DNA of 64,000 nt, taken from Turneriella sp. GTDB taxonomy: Bacteria; Spirochaetota; Leptospiria; Turneriellales; Turneriellaceae. The position numbers and the translations under genes were made by a program. Of this stretch, positions 59,421 to 64,000 are shown in pieces. Under the pieces are notes generated by a model. The model searched no databases and had not been told where the DNA came from. It saw only the letters and a list, made by a program, of their open reading frames with translations. The DNA lies in contig CBDIID010000003.1 of NCBI GenBank assembly GCA_965279515.1, positions 2,784,001 through 2,848,000 of the forward strand. Direction: 5' to 3'. Numbering within the stretch: position 1 is the stretch's first letter; each line of letters opens with the position of its first letter.

Positions 59421-60740
59421 TCATTCCCCGAGAAGTTTGAGATCTTTGTCAATAAAAGAAGCGAATATCTCCTGGATGCCGTTTCCACCGTTTTCTTTCG
59501 CGCCTCCCCAGAGAGCATGGGGGATCTTCCACTGCGCCAAAGCGCGGCGACGCTCTTCGAGGCCGCCCGGCGAGCGTATCTCTCCGGTAAGAGAAACCTG
59601 GCCCGCCACGGCGCGGCGCTTCATGAGCGGCTTTTCGAGATAACTCGACGCCATCGCGCACAGCAGCGCGAGGTCACCTGCCGGCTCGGCAAGCGCCGTG
59701 CCGCCATTGACTCGCACGAAAATATCGCACTGCGAAAGTTTCAGGCTGCAGAATTTTTCGAGAATCGCCGCGATCAGGTGGATGCGCGAAAGTTCGATAT
59801 TCTCCCCGATGCGGCGGCCATTGGCAAAACCTGTGGGCGTGACCAGCACCTGAATCTCGAGGGGGATTATCCGCGTGCCTTCGAGTTGGGGAAACAGGCA
59901 TGAGCCCATGCCACCGATTTCCTGCACCGGCAGCAGCGAATCGGCGTTCTGTATCTCCCGGAAACCTGTCGCCGTCATTTCAAAGATGGCGACATCGCCT
60001 GTCGCACCAAAACGATTCTTGACTGCACGCAGAAAACGATAGCGCGTCGCCTGGTTCTGCTCGAAATAGATAACCGTATCGACGGCGTGCTCGAGCAGTT
60101 TCGGTCCAGCAATCTGGCCATCCTTCGTGATATGCCCTGCCAGCACGAAGGCAACCTGGTTTGTCTTGGCAAATTCGATGATGCGTTGCGTGACTTCCCT
60201 GATCTGCGTCGGCGATCCCGCAAAGCCCGTGCGCTGGTCTGTATACGCGGTTTGTATGGAATCGAGCAGTACGAGCCGCGATTTTTTTTGTTTCACATAG
60301 TCGAGTAACTGCGAAACGCTGTTGCCCTGGATGATATCCAGATCATCGCCGAGGCCCAGCCGCGTGGCGCGGCTCTGCACCTGTGACAGGCTCTCTTCAC
60401 CAGTGACGTAAACCGCCTTGGTATTGCGCATAATCTCCAGCAGGAGTGTCGACTTACCGATGCCAGGTTCGCCGCCGATGAGAATCACCGCACCCGGCAT
60501 GATGCCGCCGCCGAGCAGGCTATCAAACTGCCTGAGGCCCGTTTGCATCACCGCAAGCGTCTCAGCTCTGCCGGTAATGAGTGGTTTAGACAGCGATTCA
60601 GCCGCCGTGACTTCTTCGAATCTGTTTTCGGTCAGGCTGTTCCAGGCCTTGCATGAAGGGCACTGGCCGTACCATTTCGGAAAGGAATCACCGCATTCGG
60701 AGCAGAGATAGGATGTTTTTTCTTTTTTAGGTTTTTGCAT
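59421..60740 (-). CDS. radA: DNA repair protein RadA/Sms
   Basis: CSECG...GQCPSC, GGEPGIGKSTLL and KNRFG. Confidence 0.96.
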   Translation of the reverse strand: MQKPKKEKTSYLCSECGDSFPKWYGQCPSCKAWNSLTENRFEEVTAAESLSKPLITGRAETLAVMQTGLRQFDSLLGGGIMPGAVILIGGEPGIGKSTLLLEIMRNTKAVYVTGEESLSQVQSRATRLGLGDDLDIIQGNSVSQLLDYVKQKKSRLVLLDSIQTAYTDQRTGFAGSPTQIREVTQRIIEFAKTNQVAFVLAGHITKDGQIAGPKLLEHAVDTVIYFEQNQATRYRFLRAVKNRFGATGDVAIFEMTATGFREIQNADSLLPVQEIGGMGSCLFPQLEGTRIIPLEIQVLVTPTGFANGRRIGENIELSRIHLIAAILEKFCSLKLSQCDIFVRVNGGTALAEPAGDLALLCAMASSYLEKPLMKRRAVAGQVSLTGEIRSPGGLEERRRALAQWKIPHALWGGAKENGGNGIQEIFASFIDKDLKLLGE

Positions 60741-60766
60741 AAAAAAGCCCACGCACGCGTGGGCTT
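60741..60766 (-). terminator. rho-independent terminator after the cox operon
   Basis: Minus strand AAGCCCACGC-GT-GCGTGGGCTT hairpin followed by a T-tract. Confidence 0.7.
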
Positions 60767-60789
60767 GCTCTTTTAGCGCGGAGTATTTG

Positions 60790-61122
60790 CTACTTCGCGT
60801 ACATCAATTCGCCCGTCTTCTCGGCCACGTCCCAAACCATGGTACCGACCATGAGAAAGAGAAACGGAATCGACAGAGCGGCGAAGCCGACGATGAGTTT
60901 TTCTTCCCATTTGAGGTGCATGAAATACAAGGCAACGAGCAGGGCTTTGATCGAAGCGATAAAGAGAGCGATGGAAATGTTAATCGCCACCGAGCCAAAA
61001 TCCACTTTAGAAATCTTAACGGTTACGATTGTTAAGATGATCAGCGCGACAAAGGTCAGCGTCAACTCCTTCATGTGAGAATGAACGCCGTGCGATTCTG
61101 CGTGTGTGTCTGAATGTGACAT
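60790..61122 (-). CDS. ctaF: cytochrome c oxidase subunit IV
   Basis: KALLVALYFMHLKWE motif and operon position. Confidence 0.88.
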   Translation of the reverse strand: MSHSDTHAESHGVHSHMKELTLTFVALIILTIVTVKISKVDFGSVAINISIALFIASIKALLVALYFMHLKWEEKLIVGFAALSIPFLFLMVGTMVWDVAEKTGELMYAK

Positions 61123-61131
61123 GGTAACTCC

Positions 61132-61929
61132 TTATGATACGAGATAGAGCAGCGGAAACAGGTAGATCCAGATTAAGTCCACAAGGTGCCAGTAAAGACC
61201 CGAGACTTCGACGGGCGTAAACCAGCCCGGGTGGAACTCCCCGCGGGCACCCTTAATCATCACCCAGATGAGCAATGACAGACCAATAATAATATGTAGC
61301 CCGTGGATACCTGTCATGATAAAGTAAAGAAAGAAGAACATGCTCGCGAAGGCCGGCTTCGACTTGTCTTTGCTGCCGATATTGTGCAGGTTAAACGGGA
61401 CAACTTTGCATTTTTCAAGGGCGACGTCTTCGCCGTGGTGTTTATCAAATGCTTCAGCGCATTTGTTTTCTGCTTTTAGTGCCTGGTAAAGATCGGGAGC
61501 GATGGCTTCTTTCGCCAGCTCGACTTCGTGCACCTTGTGGCTGTATTCAAAATACTTATTCACAAGGAAGCCGATGCCGCAGGCAACAGTAATCGCGAAA
61601 AGCAACATCATCAGGCGGTTATTGCCGCGTTTTACCGCTTCAATACCCCAGGCTACGGTGAACGAGCTAAAGAGAAGAATTACCGTGTTCGCAGTGCCAA
61701 AAGCAACGCTGAGTTCTTTTGCCGAAGCATGGAACGCTGCGCCGTCGCGGTAGTAGGCAATCGCATAGGCGGTGAAGAGAATTGCAAAAAGCAGGATCTC
61801 CGTCGCCAGAAAAAGCCACATGCCGAAACGCGACATGGAGTAGACAAGCGGCCCTGGGTTGCCCCAAAGACTGCCGTCGCGGACTGTACGTCCTTCGTAG
61901 GTGGTGTAACCTGCCTGATTCGAACTCAT
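61132..61929 (-). CDS. ctaE: cytochrome c oxidase subunit III
   Basis: GMWLFLATEILLF, TGIHGLH and YWHLVDLIW. Confidence 0.94.
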   Translation of the reverse strand: MSSNQAGYTTYEGRTVRDGSLWGNPGPLVYSMSRFGMWLFLATEILLFAILFTAYAIAYYRDGAAFHASAKELSVAFGTANTVILLFSSFTVAWGIEAVKRGNNRLMMLLFAITVACGIGFLVNKYFEYSHKVHEVELAKEAIAPDLYQALKAENKCAEAFDKHHGEDVALEKCKVVPFNLHNIGSKDKSKPAFASMFFFLYFIMTGIHGLHIIIGLSLLIWVMIKGARGEFHPGWFTPVEVSGLYWHLVDLIWIYLFPLLYLVS

Positions 61930-61942
61930 TCGCTTTGCTCCC

Positions 61943-63601
61943 TTATTTCTTTTCCTTAAGTGGAATCCCGTCACGGCCATATTCGTACGGCCATTCTGTA
62001 ATTGTCGGGATTTCGTGGAAGTTATGCTCTGGCATAGGTGATGGAATTTTCCACTCGAGCGTATTGCCGCCCCACGGATTCTGCGGTGCAGGTTTACCTT
62101 TAAAGCAAGACCAGACGATGTTCATCACGGCGATGAAATAACCCAGACCCAGCGCATAGGCGCCGAATGTCGAGATCATATGGTACATGTGGAACATCGG
62201 CTCATAGTCGTAATAGCGGCGCGGCATGCCTTGTGTGCCCATCAGGAACTGTGGGATAAATGTCAGGTTAAAGCCGAGGAATACGAAGATAAAGCTGGCG
62301 ATACCAAATTTTTCATTATACATGCGGCCCGAAAACTTCGGCATCCAGTAGTAGAGCGCCGCCATCAGCGAGATCACCGTACCGCCCTGGATTGTGTAGT
62401 GGAAGTGCGCGATCACGAAGTAGGTATCGTGATAGCTGACATCCACCGCAGGTGCCGCGAGTGGAAGGCCCGTGAGACCGCCGATCGCAAATAAGAATAC
62501 AAACGCCAGTGCATAAAGCATCGGCGTTTTAAGTGAGATCTGCCCGCCGTAGAGGGTGGCAATCCAGTTGAAGACCTTGATCGCCGTGGGAATAGCCACA
62601 AGGTAGGTCAGGAACGAGAAGAAGATCGCCACCGAAGAAGACAGTGTGCTCACAAACAAGTGGTGCGCCCAGACGATAAAGCTCACACCAGCGATCGCCA
62701 GTGATGATAGCGCAATCGCTTTGTAGCCGAAGATCGGCTTGCGTGCAAAGACGGGCAGAATTTCGGAAACCACACCCATCGCCGGGAGAATCATGATATA
62801 TACAACCGGGTGGGAATAGAACCAGAAGAAATGCTGAAACAGTACCGGATCGCCGCCCAATGCCGGGTCAAAAAAGCCGATACCAAAGAAACGTTCCGCG
62901 ATCAGCAGGAACAGCGTGATACCGATGACCGGGGTTGCGAGAACCTGGATTAACGATGTTGAATAGATCGCCCATGCAAAGAGCGGCATGCGGAACCAGG
63001 TCATACCCGGGGCGCGCATTTTGTGGATTGTGACGACGAAGTTCAAACCCGTCAGAATCGATGAAAATCCGAGCGTAAAGGCGCCCAAAGTCATCGTAAT
63101 GACGCTTGAGTTCGACTTCGCGCTGTAAGGCGTGTAGAATGTCCAACCTGTATCGGCAGGGCCACCAAACCAGTTAAACGGGTCGATGAGGCCAACGAGG
63201 ATCGTTGCGATACCAAAGAGGTATACCTGGTAGCTGAAACGGTTGAGCACCGGAAAAGCCACATCGCGTGCGCCGATCATGATCGGCATAAAGATGTTAC
63301 CAAACGAAGCAACAATACCCGGAACAATGAACACGAAGATCATGATCGAACCGTGCAGTGTGAAGAATACGTTGTAGGTCTTTTCGTCGATAAAGGTTCT
63401 GCCTGGGAAGAGGAGCTCCGTGCGGAGCAGCATCGCGAAGGCGCCGCCCACGAGGAATGCCAACAGGCCTGTGAACAGGTAAAGGAGGCCGATGCGTTTA
63501 TGGTCAACGCTTGAGAGCCATGACCAGATACCTTTTTTGCTTAAATAATTCTCATGATGATCATGGTGCGCGTGATCTGCTGTATGTGCTATGGATGACA
63601 T
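61943..63601 (-). CDS. ctaD: cytochrome c oxidase subunit I (A2-type YS motif)
   Basis: [21 protein letters not shown] and AHFHY. Confidence 0.96.
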   Translation of the reverse strand: MSSIAHTADHAHHDHHENYLSKKGIWSWLSSVDHKRIGLLYLFTGLLAFLVGGAFAMLLRTELLFPGRTFIDEKTYNVFFTLHGSIMIFVFIVPGIVASFGNIFMPIMIGARDVAFPVLNRFSYQVYLFGIATILVGLIDPFNWFGGPADTGWTFYTPYSAKSNSSVITMTLGAFTLGFSSILTGLNFVVTIHKMRAPGMTWFRMPLFAWAIYSTSLIQVLATPVIGITLFLLIAERFFGIGFFDPALGGDPVLFQHFFWFYSHPVVYIMILPAMGVVSEILPVFARKPIFGYKAIALSSLAIAGVSFIVWAHHLFVSTLSSSVAIFFSFLTYLVAIPTAIKVFNWIATLYGGQISLKTPMLYALAFVFLFAIGGLTGLPLAAPAVDVSYHDTYFVIAHFHYTIQGGTVISLMAALYYWMPKFSGRMYNEKFGIASFIFVFLGFNLTFIPQFLMGTQGMPRRYYDYEPMFHMYHMISTFGAYALGLGYFIAVMNIVWSCFKGKPAPQNPWGGNTLEWKIPSPMPEHNFHEIPTITEWPYEYGRDGIPLKEKK

Positions 63602-63610
63602 CGTTTCCTC

Positions 63611-64000
63611 CTATTTTAATGACTTGATAAATGCGATGAGATACTTCGTCTCGTCTTCTTCTACCGGCATCGGTGGCATTGCAGCAAAACCTTTGACGAC
63701 TTTGACGCTGGGTTTCAGCATCGATTCCTTGAGGTAGGCCTCATCGACTTTAATCGGGCCTGTGGTCAGGGTTTCAGTCTTACCGAACAGACCTTTGAAC
63801 GAAGGCGCCGCGCGCGGTGAACCATCGATCGAGTGGCAGGCTGTGCAACCTTTAGTGTTATAGAGTTCTTTACCTTTTGCGGCCAGCGCGGTTTCATCTA
63901 CCGGTCCGCCTGCAGATTCTTTCGCCATGTCGTCGGTGATTTTCTGGAGTGAGGCTAACTTCCACTTTTCGAAATCCGCCGGCTCCATGACGCGCACTTT
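63611..64000 (-). CDS. ctaC: cytochrome c oxidase subunit II, C-terminal cytochrome c domain (partial)
   Basis: CTACH heme motif directly upstream of subunit I. Runs off the right edge. Confidence 0.85.
   Translation of the reverse strand, partial: KVRVMEPADFEKWKLASLQKITDDMAKESAGGPVDETALAAKGKELYNTKGCTACHSIDGSPRAAPSFKGLFGKTETLTTGPIKVDEAYLKESMLKPSVKVVKGFAAMPPMPVEEDETKYLIAFIKSLK

Noticed and set aside
1..64000. Integrase, transposase, tRNA or rRNA genes
   Set aside because: No tyrosine-recombinase or DDE motifs and no recognisable structural RNA genes seen by eye. Not excluded without HMM or tRNAscan searches.

Overview
Chromosomal window of a spirochete, most likely Leptospiraceae (Turneriella-like). 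This is inferred from FcpB-like, DUF1564-like and Leptospira-style lipoprotein genes. The backbone is a complete but dispersed purine-degradation pathway: xdhAB, puuD, uraH, uraD, allB, allC, allE, a probable ureidoglycolate amidohydrolase and aceB, plus modABC. It is interleaved with signalling genes: two adenylate cyclases, a cNMP-domain/uridine-kinase fusion, an SBP-GGDEF-EAL protein and an unannotated 52-aa stand-alone MshEN protein. The most striking unexplained structure is at about 20.4-24.6 kb. Four AT-rich single-gene units are separated by long (184-313 bp), highly structured, related repeats with attC-like ends, consistent with an integron-type cassette array with no integrase in the window (CALIN-like). 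Its cargo includes a PD-(D/E)XK nuclease-like gene. Three unrelated lipoproteins share a CxSWx[KR]FW[DE] motif at the mature N-terminus. The right end holds speE, fcpB, a two-component/ABC cluster, radA and a cytochrome c oxidase operon. Several decayed or frameshifted genes are present.
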